From: an uncultured Acidobacteriota bacterium
GTDB taxonomy: Bacteria; Acidobacteriota; UBA6911
Assembly (NCBI GenBank): GCA_963809485.1
Contig: CAWEJX010000020.1
Location: 608,001 to 672,000 of the forward strand
DNA length: 64,000 bases
Reading direction: 5' to 3'
In this document: positions 31,280-41,570 of the stretch, one piece after another
Layout: each line of letters starts with the position of its first letter
Position numbering within the stretch: the stretch's first letter is position 1
Translations under genes and position numbers: made by a program
The notes under the pieces: generated by a model
Told to the model about the DNA's origin: nothing
Database searches by the model: none
What the model saw: only the letters and a program-made list of their open reading frames with translations

Positions 31280-31834
31280 ATGGATGTCCGGATGAAGCGT
31301 GCTATATTCGGATCCATCCAGGCTTTGGGATCCTGGAGGGATAAAAACAACCTCGAAAATCGCGGTTGGCGGAAAGCAGCCCGGCGAAGCGAAAGGATTC
31401 GGTTTATGCTTCCAGAAATCGTGCGCACGGTGATATCCAGGTTGGCACAGACTGTCAGGGGGGATACGAAGGCCGGTCGACCGCCGCTGTTTCTCGGGTT
31501 TGAACATTCCGGGCTGTATCCGCTTCGCACGAACGCGAAAACCCTGGCCTCCTGGTACAGGGACACCTTCGGATTTGAACTCACAGAGGAAAATGCATCG
31601 TACTTTCTCTCCGGGGCGGGTGCGGGACGTCTCGAAATCATGAAAAACACTTCGGGGGAAGCTCATGTTCACATTGCGATCCACGTATCCGATTTCGAGG
31701 AAGCTGTCGCCGCCCTGCGTGCGAAAAACGTGCGGATGAGGGAACCCATACTCCAGCCGGACCTGAAAATCGTTTACATCGAGGATCCGGATCCCGAGGG
31801 AAATCCCGTGCATTTGTGGTGGAGCGGCAAGTAA
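31280..31834 (+). CDS. VOC (glyoxalase-like) family protein
   Basis: FEHSGL, WYRDTFGF, LEIM, HIAIHVSDFEEAVAAL and DPEGNPVHL. The real start is probably downstream, for example 31406. Confidence 0.75.
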   Translation: MDVRMKRAIFGSIQALGSWRDKNNLENRGWRKAARRSERIRFMLPEIVRTVISRLAQTVRGDTKAGRPPLFLGFEHSGLYPLRTNAKTLASWYRDTFGFELTEENASYFLSGAGAGRLEIMKNTSGEAHVHIAIHVSDFEEAVAALRAKNVRMREPILQPDLKIVYIEDPDPEGNPVHLWWSGK

Positions 31835-31862
31835 GTATGCTCCGGCAGAGCCGGAGGCTTTA
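31833..31862 (+). repeat. Solo REP-like hairpin related to IS200/IS605 ends
   Basis: AAGTATGCTCCGGCAGAGCCGGAGGCTTTA; a second copy lies at 40232-40261. Confidence 0.65.
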
Positions 31863-32003
31863 TGGTTGTATGCCTGCGCGATTCCCGGTTCCGTTGCCGT
31901 CCGCTGATGCGCCCATAATATCCCGAAGCTGCGTTCAATTCTTTTTGAGTTATCCTCACTGTCGGATACACTGGCACCGGAAGGTATGATCGTGGGTGAA
32001 GGG

Positions 32004-34004
32004 ATGCAGGAGGTTCAATTTCTGCGGGATCTGGCGGTAGTTTTCGGATGCGCAGCGCCGCTCGTCTATCTTTTCCATCGATTCAAGCAATCGCCCATAG
32101 TCGGGTTCGTGATCACCGGGACTCTGGTCGGCCCTTACGGATTCAGCCTTATTAGGGATGTCGAAAGCGTCCACACGCTGGCCACTGTCGGGGTCATGAT
32201 CCTTCTCTTCTCGCTGGGCCTCGAGTTTTCTCTCAAAAAGCTGATGGAGACGCGGGTGGCGGTCCTCGTCATCGGCCCGCTCCAGATGCTGGGAACCATC
32301 GCCATCACCGTATTGCTGGTCCACTGGTTCGGGACGCCGTTACAGACCGGCGTGATTTACGGGATCCTCATTGGTCTCAGCAGCACCGCAATTTTCATGA
32401 AAATGCTCGACGAGCGGAGAGAGACGGACTCGATCCACGGGCGCATAGGCCTGGGCGTGGCGATTTTCCAGGATCTCTGCACGATACCTTTTTTGATCTC
32501 GATTTCGCTGATGGCCACCGAAAAAACCCTGCTGACGGCCCTGGGATCGGCACTACTGAAATCCGTGGCCCTCATCGCTGCGGTTGTGCTGGTGGGGCGT
32601 TATTTGTTCCCCATTCTACTTCGTGGAATTCTCAGGACTCGCAGCAAGGAGCTTTTTCTTATCACCTCAGTTTTCATGTTCCTCGGAACAGCATTGGCGA
32701 CCACCTATGCCGGCGTCTCCCTGGCCCTGGGCTCATTTTTGGCAGGATTGATATTATCCGAATCGGAATACGGGCATCATATCTTCGCCGAGGTGCGCCC
32801 CTTCCGCGACAGTCTGAACAGCCTTTTCTTCATCTCCATCGGGATGTTGATCGATCCGGGTTTCATCGCGACTCATCCGGGGCCGATTGTGGCCATTACG
32901 GCGGCCATCGTGGCGGGCAAAACCCTTGTTACCACGGGCGCCGTTATGGCCACACGGATCCCGCTTCACGTTGCGCTGCTGACCGGTGTGGCGCTGGCCC
33001 AGGTCGGAGAGTTTTCCTTTATCATGCTGCAGACGGCCGCTTCGGTGGGGGCCGTAAGCGCCGAACCCTACCAGTTTTTCCTCTCGTGCTCCGTCCTGAG
33101 CATGGTGCTGGCGCCGGTGCTGTTCGGCGTCTTCCGCAAACTGCTGAATCGCTTCGCCCGAAACTGGAATCCGCAAATGCAGTTCGGCCGCCTGGGCGAC
33201 GAGAAGCTGCGTGAGTTTGAGAAGGTCAGGGACCACGTGATTATCTGCGGCTTCGGGCTGGGCGGCCAGAACATAGCCCGCATTTTGAAGGCGAACCGGA
33301 TTCCCTACATTGTAGTCGACCTCAACGAACAGCGAGTGAGCGAAGCCAGGAAAGAAGGGGAGCTGATAATTTTCGGGGACTGCACCAGCACGCACATCCT
33401 CGAAATGGCGGGGATCCATAAGGCCAGAGTCATCGTGTTCGTCATTTCCGATCCTTTCGCCAGCCGGCTTGCGGTCGGGGCCGCCCGCGAGATGAGCCGT
33501 GAAATTGTGGTGCTGACAAGGACCAAGTATGTGGCCGATATCGATGCTCTCTGGGATGAGGGGTCCAACGAGGTCATATCGGAGGAGTTCGAGGCCTCGC
33601 TGGAATTGATGACGCGTATTTTGCGCGTCTACAATGCTCCGCGCTCGATGGTGGCGGCCGAGATCAAATCCATTCGAGACCAGCGGTTTGGAATATTCCG
33701 CGAGCGGCAAACCACGGTGCCGCGCATACGGCTCAGTGGCGACCTGGACGTTTATACGGAGACATGGGAGGTCGCAGCCAACTGCCCGTGGAGGGGCGCC
33801 ACGATTGCCGAGACAGGGCTCCGCGAGAAAACCGGGGCCTTGATCCTGGGGATTATACGCGAAAACCATACCCTGAATAATCCGCCCGCGAATGAATTCA
33901 TCATGGCCGGCGACCGTCTCGTGCTCAGCGGGACAAAGGAGCAGCTCAAGAGCGCCATCCTGATGCTCTCTCAAATCGAAGGTGTCCAGAAGCAGCCCGC
34001 CTGA
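32004..34004 (+). CDS. CPA2 family cation:proton antiporter with TrkA-N and TrkA-C domains (KefC/YbaL-like)
   Basis: LFSLGLEFS, LSSTAI, IFQDL, AQVGEFSF, HVIICGFG and a C-terminal RCK-C domain. Confidence 0.93.
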   Translation: MQEVQFLRDLAVVFGCAAPLVYLFHRFKQSPIVGFVITGTLVGPYGFSLIRDVESVHTLATVGVMILLFSLGLEFSLKKLMETRVAVLVIGPLQMLGTIAITVLLVHWFGTPLQTGVIYGILIGLSSTAIFMKMLDERRETDSIHGRIGLGVAIFQDLCTIPFLISISLMATEKTLLTALGSALLKSVALIAAVVLVGRYLFPILLRGILRTRSKELFLITSVFMFLGTALATTYAGVSLALGSFLAGLILSESEYGHHIFAEVRPFRDSLNSLFFISIGMLIDPGFIATHPGPIVAITAAIVAGKTLVTTGAVMATRIPLHVALLTGVALAQVGEFSFIMLQTAASVGAVSAEPYQFFLSCSVLSMVLAPVLFGVFRKLLNRFARNWNPQMQFGRLGDEKLREFEKVRDHVIICGFGLGGQNIARILKANRIPYIVVDLNEQRVSEARKEGELIIFGDCTSTHILEMAGIHKARVIVFVISDPFASRLAVGAAREMSREIVVLTRTKYVADIDALWDEGSNEVISEEFEASLELMTRILRVYNAPRSMVAAEIKSIRDQRFGIFRERQTTVPRIRLSGDLDVYTETWEVAANCPWRGATIAETGLREKTGALILGIIRENHTLNNPPANEFIMAGDRLVLSGTKEQLKSAILMLSQIEGVQKQPA

Positions 34005-34180
34005 GCGGCATCCCGCGACGCGGTCCGTCCTGCGCTTGACATAAAGAGATAAGTGGAAGAAAGTTGATAATTTGCGCATTTTCCTGTCACGCGACTCTGC
34101 CGGTCGGGCGATGCGCCAGGCAAACCGCCTCTCCTGCAAAACGATGCGGCGTGTAGAACGAAAATAAGGAGGCCCTCCCA

Positions 34181-35230
34181 ATGATCCGATGGAATCCCGT
34201 ATATCTGGTTTTCATGTTTGCGGTGCTCTGCTGGCCGACATTTGCCGGTCAGGACAAGCCGTCGACGCCGGCCAAGGAGCAGCCGGCAGCGGACACCGCC
34301 GCATCCGATCTGGTGGTGGCCCGAGTCGCCGGTGAACCTATTACCGAAAAGCAGGTCCTGTCGGCAATCAATACTCTGGCCAGGCAGAAAGTTTTGCCGC
34401 CCGACAAACAAAAGGAGCGCATCAGCATTTTCTTCAAGGATGCGGTTGAAAACCTCGTCACGGTGGCTGTTCTGAAAGGCCAGGTCAAAGAACAGAATAT
34501 CACGGCAGACCCGGCCAAGGTGGACCAGCAGATCCAGCAGTTTTCAAAACAGTTCCCTTCCCAGGCTGATTTCCAGAAGATGATGGAAAGCCAGGGCGTC
34601 ACCGAGGCTGATTTGAGAAAATCGGTTGAAGAACGCCTGACGGTGCAGCAGGTGCTGGACCAGGCCACCAAGGATGTTCCAGGAGCGACAGACGAGGAAA
34701 TCAGCAAGTTTTATGAGAGTAATCCGACTAAGTTCAATGCTCCGGAACAGGTGCGCGCGTCCCATATACTTTTGAGGCTGGATCCGAAAAGCACTCCGGA
34801 GCAGAAAGACGAGGTCAAAAAGAAGATCGAGGGGATCCGCGCCGAAATCGACTCCAAAGCCATAACCTTCGCGGAAGCCGCGGAAAAGTATTCGGAGGAT
34901 CCATCCAATGCGAAAAAGGGCGGCGATCTGGGATTTTTCTCCCGCGGACGGATGGTAAAGCCGTTCGAAGAGGCTGCCTTCGCTACAAAGCCGGGAACCT
35001 TATCGGCCGTTGTCGAAACTCAGTTCGGGTACCACATCATTCAGGTGGCTGAACTGAAGCCCGCAGGAAAGGTTTCTCTCGAAGAAGCTAAGCCAAACAT
35101 CAAGCAATACTTGGACCAGTCGGCCAAGCAGAGGGCTGCCCAAAAATACATGAGCGAGCTGAGGACGAAAGCGAACGTCGAGAACTTCATGACTCTGGAG
35201 GAATTCAGCAAGCGCCACCCGTCCCAATAG
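34181..35230 (+). CDS. Parvulin-type peptidylprolyl isomerase (PrsA/SurA-like foldase)
   Basis: Signal peptide, SurA-N-like region, [26 protein letters not shown] and [18 protein letters not shown]. Confidence 0.93.
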   Translation: MIRWNPVYLVFMFAVLCWPTFAGQDKPSTPAKEQPAADTAASDLVVARVAGEPITEKQVLSAINTLARQKVLPPDKQKERISIFFKDAVENLVTVAVLKGQVKEQNITADPAKVDQQIQQFSKQFPSQADFQKMMESQGVTEADLRKSVEERLTVQQVLDQATKDVPGATDEEISKFYESNPTKFNAPEQVRASHILLRLDPKSTPEQKDEVKKKIEGIRAEIDSKAITFAEAAEKYSEDPSNAKKGGDLGFFSRGRMVKPFEEAAFATKPGTLSAVVETQFGYHIIQVAELKPAGKVSLEEAKPNIKQYLDQSAKQRAAQKYMSELRTKANVENFMTLEEFSKRHPSQ

Positions 35231-35325
35231 GACGTACCGGCATCTCGCAGACTGCCATTTGACGGTTCCAGGCTGAAGGATTTAAACCTTTGTGCCGCAA
35301 TTGGGAACCTGTAGCCCCTATTTAC

Positions 35326-35606
35326 ATTGGTAAATCCCCGGCTCTGTCGGGGACTCAATGAGTTTGACAGCTCCGTATTTTGAAACGCTGAGAAACGCTG
35401 ATAAAAGCGCTGATAAACGTCGATTTGTTCGGCGAGGGTCGGCGGGCAAAAGCTGATGAGGCGCTCCGCGCTGGCCTCTGCGGGGATCGGAAGCGCCTCA
35501 TCGGCTTTTGCACCCGTAAGTCAGCGTTCAAGACCGGCGTAACTCCTCCAACCGCTTTGAGCGGTTCAGATCTTTCAAGCCTCCGGCTTTGCCGGAGGTA
35601 CCTGAC
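35326..35606 (+). mobile_element. Non-autonomous IS200/IS605-type element, copy 3 (longest, 281 bp)
   Basis: TTAC|ATTGGTAAATCCCCGGCTCTGTCGGGGACTC ... AACCGCTTTGAGCGGTT ... GCCTCCGGCTTTGCCGGAGGTACCTGAC. Contains an intact 20-bp-arm hairpin at 35446-35511. Confidence 0.82.
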
Positions 35607-35654
35607 TGGGGTATGGATACCCGGCTGAGCCCCTGAAGACATTGGGAATGCGGG

Positions 35655-37494
35655 CTAAGACGATTCTTCAGGAAGAATGCGGACGGCGCCCTTGTCTGCC
35701 GAAGCAGCAAACAGGGCATAGGCGCGCAATGCCTGCGTCAGAGGCCGCTGTCTCGCGGGCGTAAAGGCGGAATTTCCCTTTGAGAGCTCCTGGAGGCGCC
35801 GCGCCGCAAGCTCCTCTTCGCCGATCGCAAGGTGGATTCGTCTCTCGGGAATATCGATCTCGATCCTGTCTCCGTTTTTAACCAGCGCAATGGTGCCCCC
35901 CGAAGCAGCTTCCGGCGAAACATGGCCGATGGATAGCCCCGAGGTCCCTCCGGAAAATCTTCCGTCGGTGATCAAAGCGCACTGCTTGCCCAGGTGCATC
36001 GATTTGATGTAGGACGTCGGATAGAGCATCTCCTGCATTCCGGGCCCGCCTTTGGGACCCTCGTAGCGGATCACCACGACATTGCCGGCCTTCACTTCCC
36101 CGCCCAGAATGCCTTCGCAGGCCGCTTCCTGCGAATCGTAGACGCACGCGGTCCCGGCGAAGCGGAATATGGACTCGTCCACACCCGCGGTCTTCACGAT
36201 GCACCCATTCTGCGCGATGTTGCCGAACAGCACCGCCAATCCGCCCTCCTTGGAATAACAGTGGGCAATGTCGCGTATGCATCCCGTCTTGCGGTCCAGA
36301 TCCAGCTCCGGGTAATACGCTTCCTGAGACGCCAGGACCAGATTGCGCCCGCTGCCGCCGGGCGCGCTCAGGTAAAGCTTGCGCGCTTCCTCTGTCGCAG
36401 CCGGCGATGCGATATCATAGGCTTCAAGCACGGTTTTAACGCCGGCGCATCCACTCGCTTCACGGAAGTATCGATCAGTTGCGCCCGGGCAAGCTCACCC
36501 AGAATGGCCATGATCCCGCCGGCCCGGCTGACATCCTCCAGGTGATACGACGAGCTCGGAGCGACTTTGCACAGCACCGGGATTTTGCGCGAGAGTGCAT
36601 CGATATCGGACATGGAAAATTCAACCTCGGCTTCCTGCGCGATGGCCAGAAGGTGCAGAACCGTGTTGGTCGAACCGCCCATCGCAATATCCAGCGCCAT
36701 GGCGTTCATAAATGCCTGGCGCGTGGCAATGGAGCGGGGCAGCACCGATTCGTCCTCCCGCTCATAGCGATCCAGCGCCATCTCCACGATAAGCTGCGCG
36801 GCTTTTTCGAACAGGTTCATCCGGTTCTTGTGGGTCGCCAGCATGGTGCCGTTGCCCGGCAGTGCCATTCCCAGCGCTTCGGTCAGGCAATTCATCGAAT
36901 TGGCCGTAAACATTCCCGAACAGGATCCGCAGGTCGGGCAAGCCGCCATTTCCAGGGCGGCAATTTCGTCGTCGCTCACGGCCGGGTCCGCGGCCATGAC
37001 CATCGCATCGATCAGGTCGTATGCCTGCTTCCCACAACGCCGGCTTCCATGGGACCGCCGGAAACAAAAATGGCCGGGATGTTCAGGCGCATGGCGGCCA
37101 TGAGCATGCCCGGCGTGATCTTGTCGCAGTTGGTGATGCAGATCATCGCGTCGGCCATGTGTGCATTCACCATGTATTCCACACTGTCGGCGATGAGTTC
37201 TCTGGACGGAAGCGAGTAAAGCATGCCCTCATGCCCCATTGCGATGCCGTCATCGATGGCGATGGTGTTGAATTCGGCGGCAAAACATCCCTGCGCCTCG
37301 ATGATCTTTTTGACCTGTTGACCGATTTCATGCAGGTGCACGTGCCCGGGGACGAATTGAGTAAACGAATTGACGATCGCAATCACCGGCTTGCCGATCT
37401 GTTCCTCGCGCATTCCGTTGGCACGCCAGAGGCTGCGGGCTCCGGCCATTCGCCGCCCTTGCGTAGTCGTTGCGCTCCTGAGTTTTGTAGGCAT
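35655..37494 (-). CDS. ilvD: Dihydroxy-acid dehydratase; two apparent frameshifts (near 37025 and 36435)
   Basis: Three consecutive ORFs carry [21 protein letters not shown] / [23 protein letters not shown] / [26 protein letters not shown]. Confidence 0.93.
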
Positions 37495-37533
37495 GCTTTT
37501 CCTCTCGATTTGAGTTGCCGGTGCCGATGAGGC

Positions 37534-37568
37534 AAGACCGGGGAGGCGCCGCGGCGCCTCCCGGTCTT
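37534..37568. terminator. Strong GC-rich hairpin between the SYLF gene and ilvD
   Basis: AAGACCGGGGAGGCGCC-G-CGGCGCCTCCCGGTCTT; no clear U-tract on the coding (minus) strand. Confidence 0.45.
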
Positions 37569-37575
37569 ATTGGGT

Positions 37576-38271
37576 TTATTTGTCTGAGCGGTTTTTAGGG
37601 GATTTCTTGTTCAGCAAGGCTATCAGTGCCTGCGCGGATGCGGGCGCCTTCACAGCTCCCTTGAGAATGATATCGCCTGCATCCAGCTTCTTTCCGTAAA
37701 GGTTCTCGTTCGCTCCTCCATCCGAACGCAGCGTTGAACCCTCCAGGGAGACCCCGGCGAAAAGCCCACGGGAGCGCGAGTAGCTCAATATTTCCGCTTT
37801 CATCACAATGTCCGTGGCAGCGGCGGCAGTCCGACCTTTAGGCCCAGCTGCGGCCGAAGCGTCTGCACCCAGCTTGACCTTGCTGCCCAGAACGGATTTA
37901 GCCCCTTTGGGATTCATGACCAGCAACACAAAATCGGTTGCCTGCCCCCCGAGCTGGAATCCTATGTTCCCGCCCTCCAAAGCATACATTGCGGGCGTTC
38001 CCCAGGAACCTGTGTAGTTAGCCCCGCCGCGGCAAATCATCGTTCCGCGTCCATAGCTGCCGCCGATCCCGATAGCGACTTTTTTAACGGATGGGAAAAT
38101 TACCGCGCACTCGGCCTTATCCAGAAGGTCCTGCGGAATGCTGTCGGGAACGTCGAGAATTTCCTTCATCACCTGGCCGCATTCTTGGAGCCTGTCCTGT
38201 TCCTTCTCCTGTCCCCATGTAAACGCCGAGATCAAAATTACCGCCGCAAAAAAGACCCCCGCTTTTCGCAT
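37576..38271 (-). CDS. Lipid-binding SYLF (Ysc84) domain protein
   Basis: Signal peptide, IPQDLLDKAEC, GGSYGRG, DASAAAGP and YSRSRGLFAGVSLEG. AGGAG RBS. Confidence 0.92.
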   Translation of the reverse strand: MRKAGVFFAAVILISAFTWGQEKEQDRLQECGQVMKEILDVPDSIPQDLLDKAECAVIFPSVKKVAIGIGGSYGRGTMICRGGANYTGSWGTPAMYALEGGNIGFQLGGQATDFVLLVMNPKGAKSVLGSKVKLGADASAAAGPKGRTAAAATDIVMKAEILSYSRSRGLFAGVSLEGSTLRSDGGANENLYGKKLDAGDIILKGAVKAPASAQALIALLNKKSPKNRSDK

Positions 38272-38529
38272 TGCATTTCTCCTTTTCCGATGAAAAGAAT
38301 CCATCTACGAGAACTCCCAATCAATAATAGATCACCGTAGGGCACAGACGCAACCAAACTAAAAAGGCCCTCAGGAAGTGCACGGGAAAAACAGATTTTG
38401 CCTCCGAGCCCTATTCGAGCCTTGGCGTCCCGGCGGCTTGAAGGGAGGTCCCGCAGCCCCCCCCAACGATCCTAATGGAGCAGATTGCGCGAGTATGAGT
38501 ATACAATGGGAAAGTTCCGGAGGGTGCCG

Positions 38530-40171
38530 ATGACGTTACACAAACGAGCCTGCATATGGATTGCCCTGGGTGCAGGTGTTTATCTTTTCTTTTCACTGAC
38601 GTTTCTGGAACTGCCGGGGCTTCAATACGACGAAGTGAACTTTGCCAACGCGGCGCTGGGCAGGGTTGAAGATTCTTTTATAGCGTGGAGTTATGAAGCA
38701 TTCGGGAACAGGCTGCCGCTCATGGTCATGAATTACATCGGGGCAGTCAAATCGGCTCTCTATGCTCCGATATTCCATTTTTGGGGAGTCAGCGCCAACA
38801 CGGCCCGTCTTCCGGTGGTGCTCATTGGATTGCTGACACTGCTGTTCAGCTACGCCCTGTTCCGGGACATGTTCAATGACGCGGATCGCGACAGCCGCAC
38901 TCATACTTTTTGCGACCGATCCAACCTTTATTTTTGCCAACCGGCTGGATTGGGGTCCGGTCTCGCTGATGCTGGCATTTGAGGTCTCCTCGCTATATTT
39001 CCTGTGGCGCTGGATGTCCGAAGGCAGGCGGCCCAACCTGGCGCTATCGGGGTTGCTCATGGGCCTGGGGCTGTACAATAAAATTATTTTCGGCTGGTTT
39101 ATCGCCGCCCTGTTCATCTCCATGGCGCTTTTCTATCGCGAGAAGGTTCGTCAACTTCTGTCCCCGCGCAATCTGTTCTGCTTTCTGCCGCCGCTCCTGC
39201 TCGGATGCCTGCCCCTGATCGCATTCAATATTGCGATCCCCGGAGGAACATTCCGCGGCAGGCCGGTGATGACGGCCCGCCTGTCCGACTCGCTGGCTTA
39301 TCACTACCGTCTCTTCCAGATAACGCTGGACGGAAGCGCGATCTACCAGTTCGTGAACCAGGAGGAAGTCGCCAATCCTGCTCCCGTCATCCAGAAAGCG
39401 TCGCCGGAAGGAATAAACCCGCTTCTGAAAAAACTCGCCGGATTCCAGAGCATCAAAAACACCTGGATGTCGTATGCCCTTCCCGGATTCCTCCTGCTGA
39501 TTTTGATGATCGGATGCATTTTCGGGCTCCGGGAAAAAAGGAAAATACTGTTCCTGATCTCACAATTGCTTCTGATTGCCGGATTCATATGTCTGACAGC
39601 CGAGGCCACCGGTTCGCACCATGTGATTGCCTTCTATCCTTTCCTTTTTGCCGTGGTCGCCTATGCCGTATGCGAGTTTGGATGGGTACTGTGGAAGTCG
39701 GGCACTGCCGAAATTGCGATAATTTCGGCATTTATCACCTGCCTGGTCTTTCCACAGCTGGTCTTGGATGCGCGCTACCTGCTGTCGTTTGAGGCCAAGG
39801 GAGGAGTCGGAGCATGGTCCGACGCCATCTACGATCTTGCCTCATTCACACACCGGCATCCGGAAAAGACTTTTGTTTTGATGGAGTGGGGCTTCAATAC
39901 CCAGCTTGCCTTTCTTTCGCAGGGGCCTATGCGAAAGGAAGAGTTTGTTTGCGTGCCGGACCGGCTCGAAATTTGCATGGAGGCCCTGATGCACCGGGAG
40001 GACACCTACTATGTATTTCACCTTCCTCCCTTCGAATCGCCGCCCACGTTCCCTGCATTCCAAAAGGTTCTTGCCCGTCTCGGAATGGAAGGCCGCACGA
40101 TCCAAACCTTTCACCAAAGAGACGGGCGCCCGATCTACATCGTCTTTGAAATTTTGCAGCTTGGGGCCTGA
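38530..40171 (+). CDS. GT-C/GT39 (ArnT/PMT-like) membrane glycosyltransferase; +1 frameshift near 38880
   Basis: TM helix then PGLQYDE, ARLPVVL and GLGLYNK, with many TM helices. Split over ORFs 38485..38982 and 38876..40171. Confidence 0.8.
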
Positions 40172-40231
40172 GACCTTGATCCATCCCCCTCTGCACTGCC
40201 TCGTTACGAAAAGCTTGAGTGATGCGGATGC

Positions 40232-40261
40232 AAGTACCCTCCGGCAGAGCCGGAGGCTTTA
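40232..40261 (+). repeat. Solo REP-like hairpin related to IS200/IS605 ends
   Basis: AAGTACCCTCCGGCAGAGCCGGAGGCTTTA. Confidence 0.65.
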
Positions 40262-40480
40262 CGGGTGCTGAGCAATAAGACTGGCCGGGATTTTTAGCGC
40301 CCATTCAAGGCCTCCCTAATTACTTCCCCATAATCCATGAATCTGCTGCTGTATATCTTCAGCCAGCACGTCAGCGTATTTCTGTGTTGTCTGGATGACA
40401 CGCTGCCTCTTTGTAAGGAGAAATTGCCCAAGGCTTTTCGCTATATCGCCGCGATTCTTGTGTGGATTCGTATTGCGGAT

Positions 40481-40512
40481 AAAGCAAAAGGCCACCCCGA
40501 AGAGTAGCCTTT
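40481..40512 (-). terminator. Rho-independent terminator of the PEP-CTERM gene
   Basis: Minus strand reads AAAGGCTACTC-TTCG-GGGTGGCCTTTTGCTTT, a cUUCGg hairpin with a U-rich tail, 50 bp after the stop. Confidence 0.75.
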
Positions 40513-40562
40513 CACATGAACATATTAAGCAGTAACAGTATTAAGGGAGTAGATGAAGCCTG

Positions 40563-41279
40563 CTATTTCCTTCTACGCCACGCTGCCAATGCTAATCCAC
40601 TCAAACCAGTGCCGAGGAGAAGGAGGGATGTGGGTTCGGGAACGGCTTCGAGCGAGACATCGTCTATAAAAAGGGCCGTCAGTTGACCCCCAGTCCATTC
40701 AGAGCCACCAAGCGGCCCGTAGACAACTTCACCATAGTCACCGTCAGACTCACCCCAATTTCGCACATAAAACAGGAATGCTACCTCTCCCAAATCGGAC
40801 ACATCACCTGACATTGTTGTGAACATCCAAGGACTCACAACATACCCATCTTCAGGATTTACGTTAATCGGCACACTATAGATGCGATCCCACCAGACGT
40901 CGGGAACGCCGATATAAACCTCCAGCGCATCCCGCCCCTCGTCAAGATCATCAAAGTCTCTAGCTTCAAAGCTCCACCAGAAGGATAATGTTGCGGTCGA
41001 ATAGCCAGTAAAATCCACTTCTTGCCAAATTTGCTGATTACCCTGTCCCCCCGGAGCCAGAACCGCCATTCGATTGTCTGAATGTGGAAAAACCATTTCA
41101 GGTCCACCGATTGCCATCGCAGGCTCCCACGACCATGCTTGGCTTGAGTACGACCAGCTATCTGGTCTGTTCTCAGTTGCAGACTCAAATCCCCCGTTGG
41201 CTATAAGTTGATCGGCTAACGCACTTGCAGGGAGTGAGCAGAATAGCAATATGGTGCCCAGAAATATTCTTATTCTCAT
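40563..41279 (-). CDS. PEP-CTERM sorting domain-containing surface protein
   Basis: Signal peptide, IANGGFES carbohydrate-binding-like start, and C-terminal VPEPTSLLLLGTGLSGLALAAWRRRK. GGAGG RBS. Confidence 0.95.
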   Translation of the reverse strand: MRIRIFLGTILLFCSLPASALADQLIANGGFESATENRPDSWSYSSQAWSWEPAMAIGGPEMVFPHSDNRMAVLAPGGQGNQQIWQEVDFTGYSTATLSFWWSFEARDFDDLDEGRDALEVYIGVPDVWWDRIYSVPINVNPEDGYVVSPWMFTTMSGDVSDLGEVAFLFYVRNWGESDGDYGEVVYGPLGGSEWTGGQLTALFIDDVSLEAVPEPTSLLLLGTGLSGLALAAWRRRK

Positions 41280-41306
41280 GACACACCTCCGTTAGGATTC
41301 TAATAA

Positions 41307-41323
41307 AGCAAAAACAGTGCCAA
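41307..41323 (-). promoter_or_regulatory. sigma54 (-24/-12) promoter of the PEP-CTERM gene
   Basis: Minus strand TTGGCACTGTTTTTGCT matches TGGCAC-N5-TTGC, 28 bp before the ATG. Confidence 0.85.
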
Positions 41324-41453
41324 GAATATGGAAACTCTGGAGTAAAGACCGAACTATTTCCCTAAGTTATTGTAAAGACCATAAATGGACAGGATTGCTT
41401 CAACGGCTGTATTAAATGTGCTTTTGGCAGGTATGTCGCTAAGTTCCCAAAAG

Positions 41454-41570
41454 TGTAATATGGCTTTACAGGTATTTTTGCAGTGACTCTCTATGATTTT
41501 GCTAACTTATGGCGGAACCATGGCTTGCGGAATAGTGCATTGGATCTTTGATTTGTAACGTAATCCGACG
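41454..41570. promoter_or_regulatory. Two putative enhancer-binding-protein sites (TGT-N11-ACA type), exactly 100 bp apart
   Basis: TGTAATATGGCTTTACA (41454-41470) and TGTAACGTAATCCGACG (41554-41570), upstream of the sigma54 promoter. Confidence 0.55.

Noticed and set aside
35268-35290. CCAGGCTGAAGGATTTAAACC resembles part of the element's right end, next to copy 3
   Set aside because: Too short, and it lacks the hairpins. At most an eroded fragment, so not called as a copy.
35446-35511. CTGATGAG in the element suggested a hammerhead ribozyme core
   Set aside because: It is fully paired within a long inverted repeat, and there is no GAAA after the would-be stem II.
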